From positions 1 through 42,522 of the IMG/VR virus record IMGVR_UViG_3300045988_097304: 42,522 bases of DNA; one strand, 5' to 3'. A model generated the notes under the pieces. That model did no database searches. It saw nothing but the letters and a program-made list of their open reading frames with translations, and had not been told where the DNA came from. This DNA comes from a virus. Positions 7,542-13,760 of the stretch are shown here, in pieces. Numbering within the stretch: the stretch's first letter is position 1; each line of letters opens with the position of its first letter. A program made the translations under genes and the position numbers.

Positions 7542-7857
7542 TGCTCCACTCCCTCTCAAAGCACGCCACAAAATTATTGTCGATGCGGTGTCCGTTTTCG
7601 ATCATCCGCCCATTCTCGCCGCAAACCAGCTCGCCCTTGGCGTCCCGCTTGTAGTTCGTTCGCAGCAGAAACACGTCGGAGATATCCGCATTAATATCCT
7701 CCAGCGTTTTGACAAGCTCCTTGTAAGTCATCGGCACGCCGATCCTTAAACATAAATCCAGCTGATACCGCGCCACTCCGTCATCATGGATTGCACCCGT
7801 CAGCGTCATTGCATTCCCGTCAATCACAAATCTTTTCGTTCCGACTTTCTGCGACAC
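7525..7857 (-). CDS. Hypothetical protein (110 aa)
   Basis: GGAGG RBS 9 nt before GTG 7857. The longer track ORF has no RBS. Confidence 0.5.
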   Translation of the reverse strand: MSQKVGTKRFVIDGNAMTLTGAIHDDGVARYQLDLCLRIGVPMTYKELVKTLEDINADISDVFLLRTNYKRDAKGELVCGENGRMIENGHRIDNNFVACFEREWSNAQSE

Positions 7858-8008
7858 GCGATTTTTCCTCCTTCTCGATTCTCCGAATCCTTTGCCATTC
7901 CGCCCTGCGCCACGCGCTCGGGTCGTATAGCTCAATCTGTCCGTTGCTCTTGCAGATGCAGACCGGATATCCCGGTCGCTTATTGGGCTTTGTCATTCTG
8001 CCGCTCAC
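7820..8008 (-). CDS. Hypothetical basic protein (62 aa)
   Basis: AGGAGG RBS 6 nt before GTG 8008. Confidence 0.45.
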   Translation of the reverse strand: MSGRMTKPNKRPGYPVCICKSNGQIELYDPSAWRRAEWQRIRRIEKEEKSRVAESRNEKICD

Positions 8009-8111
8009 GTTGCACCTCCTGCTCGATGCGAACGACCAGATAGATCAGCGTTACCGCCAACACAAGCAAGTCCAAGACCGACAATACACCCCAGATCGTG
8101 TCCCAAATCAT
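7977..8111 (-). CDS. Possible 44-aa single-pass membrane peptide
   Basis: Read by hand: MIWDTIWGVLSVLDLLVLAVTLIYLVVRIEQ.. ATGA overlap with the upstream stop. Confidence 0.35.
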
Positions 8112-8359
8112 ACCCTCACCTCCATTCCCAGCATCGCGCAGATGTCGCGATACTCCTTCAGTGTGAAATCGCTCGGTGATTTGAATCTGCTGTACAGGCA
8201 GACGCGGCTCATGCCGAGCTTCGCCGCAAGCTCCGTCAGCGTGATTTGCTTGCGTGCCCGCTCTTCGGTGATGAGGCTCATCAGCGCGTCGTCCCGCGCT
8301 TTGTTGGCTTGCCTGCGCCGCTCCGCTTCCGTCAACGCTCTGACTTTCGGCATTGACAA
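8108..8359 (-). CDS. HTH DNA-binding protein (83 aa)
   Basis: ITLTELAAKLGMSRVCLYSRFKSP is an HTH motif. AAGGAGGG RBS. Confidence 0.6.
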   Translation of the reverse strand: MSMPKVRALTEAERRRQANKARDDALMSLITEERARKQITLTELAAKLGMSRVCLYSRFKSPSDFTLKEYRDICAMLGMEVRV

Positions 8360-8382
8360 TTCCCTCCTTGTTCCCTTATAAT
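8353..8382 (+). promoter_or_regulatory. Near-consensus sigma-70 promoter on the plus strand (TTGACA-18-TATAAT)
   Basis: TTGACA at 8353..8358 and TATAAT at 8377..8382. It overlaps the RBS and start of the minus-strand HTH gene. Confidence 0.45.
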
Positions 8383-8388
8383 CAGGGT

Positions 8389-8436
8389 GTACATTCCTTT
8401 TCGCTTCCGTCGCCCGGTCGGGCGGCGGTTTTTTTT
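8389..8436 (+). ncRNA. Candidate ~48-nt antisense small RNA (promoter-to-terminator unit)
   Basis: Hairpin CCGTCGCCCGGTCGGGCGGCGG (8407..8428) followed by T8 (8429..8436), about 7-50 nt downstream of the promoter. No ORF. Confidence 0.4.
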
Positions 8437-8593
8437 ACGCCCCCTGTGCCGCCATCTTGCCCATGTTGTAACCAGCCAGCATTGCCGCGGCAACTGCCAG
8501 CGCGGTCTGCTCGCTGCTCTCCGGCAACGCCTTGACCAGATTCGCCGCCAGCTCCAGCTTGGTCGCCTTGTCCTTCTTCTTCATTTGATTCAA
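8435..8593 (-). CDS. Possible 52-aa protein (..MKKKDKATKLELAANLVKALPESSEQ..)
   Basis: AGGAGG lies 9 nt before TTG 8593. Preferred over the low-complexity track ORF 8382..8603. Confidence 0.35.
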   Translation of the reverse strand: MNQMKKKDKATKLELAANLVKALPESSEQTALAVAAAMLAGYNMGKMAAQGA

Positions 8594-8599
8594 TTTGAT

Positions 8600-8974
8600 T
8601 CACCTCCTAATCAAGAACATCAGAAATGCCCCTACGCAAACGCCCCATATGAATTCCACCAGTATCCAAAGCACGATGGTCTTGACGTCGAGACCGGGTT
8701 CGCCCTCAGCCTCCCGCCGCGTCCCGCGATACGGGATTGCGTTCATGTTCTTTCTGCAAGTGCTTTCGGCTTTCATCTGGTCGCAAAGCTTGGTCAGCGA
8801 TTCGCTGATGACGCTGATGAATAACACGTTTCCGTCGCTCGACTCCGTTGCCTCCAGCGGCGTTCCGCCGATCCGGCTCAGCGCGTTGACGACAGCCTGC
8901 TTGTCGAGCATTTTCAAAAAGGTTTTGAGTCTGCGGATGTCATAGAGCAGAATGTCCATTTCATCCAAATCCAT
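8600..8974 (-). CDS. Hypothetical protein with a C-terminal membrane anchor (124 aa)
   Basis: C-terminal IVLWILVEFIWGVCVGAFLMFLI. RBS AAAGGA. Confidence 0.55.
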   Translation of the reverse strand: MDLDEMDILLYDIRRLKTFLKMLDKQAVVNALSRIGGTPLEATESSDGNVLFISVISESLTKLCDQMKAESTCRKNMNAIPYRGTRREAEGEPGLDVKTIVLWILVEFIWGVCVGAFLMFLIRR

Positions 8975-9005
8975 CTGTTCGTTCCTTTCTCCCTACCTAA
9001 ATCTG

Positions 9006-9014
9006 TGTTATACT
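9006..9014 (+). promoter_or_regulatory. Extended -10 element TGTTATACT for the plus-strand 58-aa gene
   Basis: TG at 9006-9007 and TATACT at 9009..9014. No good -35. Confidence 0.35.
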
Positions 9015-9038
9015 GTAAATCAGGAAGGGGGTGATATC

Positions 9039-9215
9039 ATGTCTACCGAGTTGCGTCAGCAGCTTGCTCTCCTTTACGCTCATGCCCGTGCCAGCGGACA
9101 CGACGTAACGCCTGAACAAATCAAGCTCTGGTTTGATGAGGCTATGGATGCTTACGCTTTCAAGCCAGAGCAAAAGGTTGAAAAGCCCGAATGGGATTTC
9201 GCCCTGCGCGATTGA
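9039..9215 (+). CDS. Plus-strand 58-aa hypothetical protein embedded antisense in the early operon
   Basis: GGAAGGGGG RBS before ATG 9039. Followed by its own terminator. Confidence 0.55.
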   Translation: MSTELRQQLALLYAHARASGHDVTPEQIKLWFDEAMDAYAFKPEQKVEKPEWDFALRD

Positions 9216-9223
9216 CACCTTTC

Positions 9224-9253
9224 GCCGGATGGTTAGTCGCCATCCGGCTTTTT
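9224..9253 (+). terminator. Rho-independent terminator
   Basis: GCCGGATGG/CCATCCGGC stem, 7-nt loop, TTTTT. Confidence 0.75.
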
Positions 9254-9496
9254 AAATGCCGCCGGAATTCCGTATCGCGCCGCGAAGCTGATTTTCACGC
9301 TCTCTTTGCAGAATCGAGCAACGTTTTTCCTGCCCGTAATCCGCCCGTCGCGGCACTCCCGCGCAATCAGCGCGAACAGCCCGTCCAGCATCGCCTGTTT
9401 TTCCTCTGCCGTCGCCAGCACTTCATCCATCGCTTTCGCGGTCTCGATGCAGTTGGCAATCAGGTCGCTGCCCTTTTCCACGATTTCCTTTGCCAT
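9233..9496 (-). CDS. Hypothetical protein (87 aa)
   Basis: AGGAGG RBS. The stop lies in the loop of the convergent terminator. Confidence 0.6.
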   Translation of the reverse strand: MAKEIVEKGSDLIANCIETAKAMDEVLATAEEKQAMLDGLFALIARECRDGRITGRKNVARFCKESVKISFAARYGIPAAFKKPDGD

Positions 9497-9548
9497 GCTT
9501 TCTGACCTCCTTTCTTTTTCACATTCTCTTTATCTTCGTGCCATTAGG

Positions 9549-9557
9549 TGTTATAAT
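9549..9557 (+). promoter_or_regulatory. Extended -10 promoter element TGTTATAAT
   Basis: TG at 9549-9550 and TATAAT at 9552..9557, 36 nt upstream of ATG 9593. Confidence 0.45.
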
Positions 9558-9592
9558 GTACCTATTAAGCCGCGAAAAGAGGGAATGTATGT

Positions 9593-9898
9593 ATGTTTGG
9601 TTTGCAATTTAAGATCCTCTGCGCCATCGCTTTTGTCCTGCGCTATCATTGGCATGATTATGACAATCTGCCATTCATCGCAATCCTTATCCTTTGCGTT
9701 GAGGTCTACGATTCTCTATTCCACTGGTCGTTTGATATCCATATCTCACGACCAGTCGCAGTCATCGCCATAACCTGTCTCATTTGGGGTGCTGTCGATG
9801 TCTACGCCTTGAGCATTGGATATTTTGTTTACTGGTGCTTGTGGCAGCTGAGAGGAATCCTCTTTTGCATCCTTGATAAAATCGTAAATCGATCATAG
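9593..9898 (+). CDS. Plus-strand multi-pass membrane protein (101 aa), low GC; candidate lysogen-expressed moron
   Basis: Hydrophobic segments ILCAIAFVL, FIAILILCV, VAVIAITCLIWGAV, IGYFVYWCLW. It has its own promoter and terminator. Confidence 0.6.
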   Translation: MFGLQFKILCAIAFVLRYHWHDYDNLPFIAILILCVEVYDSLFHWSFDIHISRPVAVIAITCLIWGAVDVYALSIGYFVYWCLWQLRGILFCILDKIVNRS

Positions 9899-9901
9899 CC
9901 A

Positions 9902-9931
9902 AATCCCTGCCGTTGTCGGTGGGGATTTTTT
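9902..9931 (+). terminator. Rho-independent terminator (convergent with the cro-like gene end)
   Basis: AATCCCTGCCG-TTGT-CGGTGGGGATT followed by a T-run. Confidence 0.7.
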
Positions 9932-10202
9932 ACTGCGCGGCTTTTTCGTTGCCCTCCGGCATCCGGAAGATGTCGTCGCAGGTGCAGCCCAGCGTCTTGG
10001 CGATGATGGGGATGTACTCTGCTCGGATAATCTTGTGCCCAGCCATCATGCAGCTGAACGACTGTCTGGACATGCCGAGGTTGTCCGCAACCTTGCCGTG
10101 GCGAATCCCTCTTTCATCCAGAATCCGTCGGATATTGCCGATGATGATGGCGTTCCGTCGGATGTTGCCGATGATGATGGCGTTCGATGGCTTGTCTTCC
10201 AT
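9930..10202 (-). CDS. Cro-like XRE-family HTH regulator, first gene of the early operon
   Basis: IGNIRRILDERGIRHGKVADNLGMSRQSFSCMMAGHK is an XRE HTH. AAGGAG RBS. Divergent from the CI-like gene. Confidence 0.75.
   Translation of the reverse strand: MEDKPSNAIIIGNIRRNAIIIGNIRRILDERGIRHGKVADNLGMSRQSFSCMMAGHKIIRAEYIPIIAKTLGCTCDDIFRMPEGNEKAAQ
10125..10184. repeat. Tandem 30-bp in-frame duplication (29/30 identical) inside the cro-like gene
   Basis: CCGTCGGATATTGCCGATGATGATGGCGTT repeated with one A/G difference. It encodes NAIIIGNIRR twice. Confidence 0.9.
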
Positions 10203-10229
10203 GGGTATCTTCTCCTTTCTTCTGCTTTA

Positions 10230-10304
10230 TTGATTTACGATATCATTTTATCGTATTTCGATATCATTGTCAATACTATTTTAAAAAAATATTGATTTTC
10301 GATA
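10230..10304. promoter_or_regulatory. Operator-like repeats in the switch region
   Basis: Palindrome TACGATA-N6-TATCGTA at 10236..10255 overlaps the lytic -10. CGATATCATT occurs at 10238 and 10259. TTGATTT(A/T)CGATA occurs at 10230 and 10292, the latter overlapping the lysogenic -35. Confidence 0.5.
10245..10273 (-). promoter_or_regulatory. Early (lytic) promoter TTGACA-17-TAAAAT
   Basis: Minus-strand TTGACA is the complement of 10268..10273 and TAAAAT is the complement of 10245..10250. Confidence 0.6.
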
Positions 10305-10320
10305 AAACCAGTGCTATAAT
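10292..10320 (+). promoter_or_regulatory. Repressor/lysogeny promoter TTGATT-17-TGcTATAAT
   Basis: TTGATT at 10292..10297, extended TG at 10312-10313 and TATAAT at 10315..10320. AAAGGAGG RBS, then TTG 10344. Confidence 0.65.
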
Positions 10321-10343
10321 AATTCTCGAAAGGAGGTTTAACT

Positions 10344-10694
10344 TTGGAGAAACGGATTAAAGAGATTCGCCGTGTCTACAACCTGAATCAGACGCAATTC
10401 GCGGAAAAAATCGGGTTGAAACAGCCAACGATTGCAGGGTACGAGAATGGGAAAGACGTTCCGATGTCTACAATTGTTACGATTTGTCAGATTTTCCCTG
10501 ACATCAATAAAGTTTGGCTTTGCACTGGCGAAGGCGACATGAAGCTCGAACAGTCTGCCGAGGATGCGGAACGCATGGTCAATCTCATGCGCGGAATGAG
10601 CGAAAATAAAAAGAAGCTCTTCCGTATCCTCGTGGATATGCCGGATGAGCTTCTGGATGAAATGATTTCCTATATGAAAAAGGAAATCAAGTGA
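10344..10694 (+). CDS. CI-like XRE-family repressor (116 aa)
   Basis: RIKEIRRVYNLNQTQFAEKIGLKQPTIAGYENGK is an XRE HTH. Same orientation as the integrase, with a C-terminal extension. Confidence 0.75.
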   Translation: MEKRIKEIRRVYNLNQTQFAEKIGLKQPTIAGYENGKDVPMSTIVTICQIFPDINKVWLCTGEGDMKLEQSAEDAERMVNLMRGMSENKKKLFRILVDMPDELLDEMISYMKKEIK

Positions 10695-10893
10695 CGGGCG
10701 GTCGCTGCTCGATTTCCAATTTGAGCAGCGCTCTCGCCGTGCCGAGCAGGTAGTAGATATCTTCGCCGTCGGTTAGCATCTCTGCAATGGCGGCGATCTC
10801 CTTCCTCTCCTGCTCAAATTCTACCGGGATGGGCTTCGGCGCGGCTCTCCGCGCTCTGTGTGAGGTGACGTTCTTCGGGCGGCTCTCTTTCAT
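10687..10893 (-). CDS. Possible 68-aa protein convergent with, and overlapping by 8 nt, the repressor 3' end
   Basis: AAGGAAG RBS. No motif. Confidence 0.4.
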   Translation of the reverse strand: MKESRPKNVTSHRARRAAPKPIPVEFEQERKEIAAIAEMLTDGEDIYYLLGTARALLKLEIEQRPPVT

Positions 10894-11019
10894 GCCATCA
10901 CTTCCTTATAAATATTATACTCGCATCTCTAACGGATATAATATTTTCGACAAACGTTCTCACGAATATAAAGATATCTGCACAAAAAGTGCATTTTTTC
11001 GACAAATTTGAGGTGTTTT

Positions 11020-11361
11020 ATGGATTATTCGAAACGTCGTTTTGTGTATGTCCTGATTTGCGCCGTCCCGTCGCTGCTTCTCGCGCTGCGTGAAGGGCTC
11101 TCGCTGATGGACGCCGTGCTTTTTGTCGGGATGATTGCGTTATTTTCCGCTTTGGCTCTGATGGTTGTCGGACTTCCAGCATTCATCATTTTTAGCATCG
11201 TCCCGCATTTTCTTCATTATTTGGGTTTTATGCCGGATGAGTACATGTCTCCCGACCAGCTAAAAATCTGTGAAGATTTTGGAGTCGGTGTTGTCGTTGG
11301 CGCAGTCGTAATCGCCGTATCGTTCGGCTTCCCTATTTATCGTCTCTTTGTCCCAGCATAA
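11020..11361 (+). CDS. Multi-pass membrane protein (113 aa) between repressor and integrase
   Basis: GAGGTG RBS. Hydrophobic segments VYVLICAVPSLLLAL, AVLFVGMIALFSALALMVVGLPAFIIFSIV, GVGVVVGAVVIAVSFGF. Confidence 0.6.
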   Translation: MDYSKRRFVYVLICAVPSLLLALREGLSLMDAVLFVGMIALFSALALMVVGLPAFIIFSIVPHFLHYLGFMPDEYMSPDQLKICEDFGVGVVVGAVVIAVSFGFPIYRLFVPA

Positions 11362-11491
11362 AAAAAAATAGCCCTGTCCGTGCGCTAACACAGACAGGAC
11401 GATGGCACCCCCCTGACAACCGCGAAAGAAGGGAACATCTATATGATACCATATTTCCCTTCCTTTCGCAACATAGAAAGGAAGATTGATT

Positions 11492-12571
11492 ATGCCGAAA
11501 ATTGAAAAGACAAAGACCGGTTACCGCGCCCGCATCTCTACGGGTGAAAAGCTCCCGTCCGGCGGATATCGCTATATTTCCGTTTCTGGCGCGACGAAAG
11601 CCGATGTAAGGCGAATGATTGCCGAGTTCGACGAGAACCGCGAAAACGCCCTTTCCGCGAATCTGGCGGGGCGTGTGACGCTGGCTCAGGCGATGGATAA
11701 ATACCTCGATACCTGCCGCTCCGCCGGTCGCTCTCCGTCCACCATTCGCGGCTATGCCGCCATGCGGCGCAACGGTTTTGAATCTCTCGAATCAAAGCCC
11801 ATCGCCAAAATTTCCCGCGCCGAATTGCAATCTGTGGTCAATGACTGGACGCGATCCGGCGCAACCCCGAAAACCGTCCGCAATAAGCTCGGCTTTCTCT
11901 CCGCTTCCATGAAGCACGCCGGAATCGAGCCGCCGACGCAAGGACTGATCCTGCCCGAACCCGACCGCAAAGAGATGACCATCCCGCAGGATGAAGACGT
12001 GCAGCGTGCGCTGTTCTACCTTCGCGCACACAACACCAACCTCTACGTCGCGGTCGTCCTTGCCGCAACGCTGGGTCTGCGCCGCGGCGAAATCGCCGCC
12101 CTGACGATGGATGACTTCGACTTCGACGCGGGAACGGTCACCATCAGCAAGTCACTCGCCATGGATGAGTGCGGCGACTATGTCACCAAAGCCCCGAAGT
12201 CCCGCAGCGGTAACCGCGTCCTGCGCGGGCTGGATGCGCTCGTCGTCTCCGCTGTCCGCAACTTCGGTCATCAGCCGCCGCAGACCATCACCGGCATGAC
12301 ACCCGCCAGCATCACAGATTCGTACATGCGCCTGTGTAACAAGCTCAATCTCCCCGGTCGCTTCCATGACCTGCGCCACTACGCCGCGTCCGTCATGGCA
12401 GCCCTCAACGTCCCGCCCAAGTACGCTCAGGAGCGCATGGGACACGCGACGCTCGACATGCTCAATCGTGTCTATCAGCACACGATGAGCAAAAAGCGCG
12501 ATGCCGTAGCCGACGCGATTGCGTCTCACAACGCCGCGCTGCTCGGCGGCAAATCCTGCCAGTACAAATAA
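11492..12571 (+). CDS. int: Tyrosine site-specific integrase
   Basis: LGLRRGEIAAL (box I Arg) and RFHDLRHYAASVM...MGHATLDMLNRVYQH (HxxR...Y). Adjacent to the attP-like region. Confidence 0.9.
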   Translation: MPKIEKTKTGYRARISTGEKLPSGGYRYISVSGATKADVRRMIAEFDENRENALSANLAGRVTLAQAMDKYLDTCRSAGRSPSTIRGYAAMRRNGFESLESKPIAKISRAELQSVVNDWTRSGATPKTVRNKLGFLSASMKHAGIEPPTQGLILPEPDRKEMTIPQDEDVQRALFYLRAHNTNLYVAVVLAATLGLRRGEIAALTMDDFDFDAGTVTISKSLAMDECGDYVTKAPKSRSGNRVLRGLDALVVSAVRNFGHQPPQTITGMTPASITDSYMRLCNKLNLPGRFHDLRHYAASVMAALNVPPKYAQERMGHATLDMLNRVYQHTMSKKRDAVADAIASHNAALLGGKSCQYK

Positions 12572-12590
12572 TTATGCCGCGAATTATGAC
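12571..12590 (+). repeat. Arm-like repeat copy 1 ATTATGCCGCGAATTATGAC
   Basis: 19/20 match to copy 2. It contains two direct ATTATG half-sites 12 nt apart and starts at the int stop codon. Confidence 0.85.
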
Positions 12591-12640
12591 ACGGCGAAAT
12601 AAAAAGTCTAATAAAATAAGAGCTTTTAAGGCGTTTTCGT

Positions 12641-12668
12641 GCGGGTTCGACCCCCGCCACCGGCACCA
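12641..12668 (+). other. 3' fragment of a tRNA gene (T arm, 3' acceptor strand, discriminator A, CCA): probable attP core
   Basis: GCGGG-TTCGACC-CCCGC T arm, CACCGGC, A, CCA. No matching 5' acceptor strand (GCCGGTG) within 100 nt upstream, so it is not a complete tRNA. Confidence 0.7.
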
Positions 12669-12671
12669 AAC

Positions 12672-12707
12672 AAGGAATCTAGCAATAGCTAGATTCCTTT
12701 ATTTTTT
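12672..12707 (+). terminator. Strong rho-independent terminator directly after the tRNA fragment
   Basis: Perfect 12-bp stem AAGGAATCTAGC/GCTAGATTCCTT, loop AATA, then TATTTTTT. Confidence 0.8.
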
Positions 12708-12791
12708 CCTTATTTCACAAGGGAAAAATGTTAAATTCTGCTTGCACGATGTAAGCGGGATTTAACACCGTGTAAGCAGGTTTTTACACCG

Positions 12792-12811
12792 ATTATGCCG
12801 CGGATTATGAC
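12792..12811 (+). repeat. Arm-like repeat copy 2 ATTATGCCGCGGATTATGAC
   Basis: Direct repeat of copy 1 on the other side of the tRNA fragment. The 23-nt CGATTATGCCGCGGATTATGACG is identical to the inverted copy at 40006..40028. Confidence 0.85.
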
Positions 12812-12818
12812 GAGCGCA

Positions 12819-13217
12819 TCACGTGTTCTTCAGCTCTTCGCGCATCCGGCGCAGAACGTCTTTCTGTCTTTCGTTCGCGCCGCGCATCATGTTGTCGATC
12901 TGCTCCATCATCTGCTCTTTGCCGCCGCCCCTGCTGTAATAGGGTTCTCCGCGTCGGCTGATTTCCCGGCTGCTCTCCGTACCGTCATATGCGCCGTAGC
13001 TGTATCCGCGGTCGTAGCCGCCGTAATCGTTGCCGTCGTAGGCACGGCTGTAACGTTCGCCCTGCTCAAGCATCTTGATTTTCTTGACGTCCTTGATGAT
13101 ATCAACGAGCTTGTATGCCTGGTCAAGCGTCGTCGAGGTCAGATTCCCTTTTTCGACGATCTCGCCGATCTCATCGCAGCACATTTCGCAAAGCTGATTC
13201 AGCGTTCTCATTTCCAT
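12819..13217 (-). CDS. Accessory operon gene 6: Tyr/Gly/Asp/Arg-rich protein (132 aa)
   Basis: GAAAGGGG RBS before ATG 13217. Central YDGNDYGGYDRGYSYGAYDG...YYSRGGG low-complexity region flanked by helical ends. Confidence 0.6.
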   Translation of the reverse strand: MEMRTLNQLCEMCCDEIGEIVEKGNLTSTTLDQAYKLVDIIKDVKKIKMLEQGERYSRAYDGNDYGGYDRGYSYGAYDGTESSREISRRGEPYYSRGGGKEQMMEQIDNMMRGANERQKDVLRRMREELKNT

Positions 13218-13231
13218 ATTATGCCCCTTTC

Positions 13232-13654
13232 TCACGCCTCGCGCGTCACGATGACGTTGGTGTTCGCCACGCTGACCGCCTGCGTGCTGGTGTTCTCCAG
13301 CGCAACGTTGACGCAGCATCCACGCGGCACGTCAATGTAAGCCGCGCCGCTGACATTAAAGTAGTTGTCCGTCGCCGCCGGGGTTACGATGGCGGTCGCA
13401 TTGTTCAACGATTCTCCCGCGATGGTCAGTGCCATGGAGATTGCGCCGACCGTTCCGCCAGTCGGAATGGCGATGTTCGCATTGTACATCACCAGATACC
13501 GCGCCTTACACTGGTTCGTCTGTCCCCGCAGCGTGATCGTTCCCGCCCCGTTCCGGTGCTGGATACAGGGTTTTCCGCTCTCGATCCTGTCCGTAAGCGG
13601 CACGACCTGCCCCGCCGCCACAGTTACGATGTTGCTGTTGCCATATTCAGCCAT
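13232..13654 (-). CDS. Accessory operon gene 5: beta-rich 140-aa protein resembling C1q/TNF-like (BclA C-terminal type) jelly-roll domains (tentative)
   Basis: Alternating pattern IVTVAAGQVVPL..GAGTITLRG...YLVMYNANIAIP..GAISMALTIAGE..NVALENTS..VSVANTNVIV. AAGGAG RBS. Confidence 0.55.
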   Translation of the reverse strand: MAEYGNSNIVTVAAGQVVPLTDRIESGKPCIQHRNGAGTITLRGQTNQCKARYLVMYNANIAIPTGGTVGAISMALTIAGESLNNATAIVTPAATDNYFNVSGAAYIDVPRGCCVNVALENTSTQAVSVANTNVIVTREA

Positions 13655-13668
13655 GATTTCATCTCCTT

Positions 13669-13700
13669 AAAAAACGCGGCAGGGCGCAAAGCCCCGCCGC
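13669..13700 (-). terminator. Intrinsic terminator/attenuator inside the accessory operon
   Basis: Minus-strand GCGGCGGGGC..GCCCTGCCGC hairpin followed by GTTTTTT, immediately before the AAGGAG RBS of the next gene. Confidence 0.6.
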
Positions 13701-13760
13701 TTTGTCGCATCATCGGTTGCCCGACCAGTCCGGCTCTGCCGAACAGTTGCTTTTATTTAC

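Noticed and set aside
8382-8603. 73-aa minus-strand ORF MNQIESNEEEGQGDQAGAGGESGQ...
   Set aside because: The translation is low-complexity Gly/Gln/Ala. The alternative frame gives a more protein-like 52-aa product with correctly spaced AGGAGG. Both are uncertain.
11362-11400. Terminator after the membrane-protein gene
   Set aside because: The hairpin CCTGTCCGTG/CACAGACAGG is preceded, not followed, by the A/T run on the plus strand. It would only work for minus-strand read-in, and the stem is imperfect. Not called as a feature.
12600-12668. Possible complete tRNA gene
   Set aside because: Only the T arm, 3' acceptor strand and CCA are present. No complementary 5' acceptor strand (GCCGGTG) or D arm lies upstream. 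The putative anticodon stem does not pair. I treat it as an attP core fragment.
12574-13340. ORFs starting MPRIMT (12574..12765 and 12795..13340)
   Set aside because: The shared N-terminus is simply the translated 20-bp arm repeat. The first runs through the tRNA fragment and terminator. The second is antisense to an RBS-supported gene.
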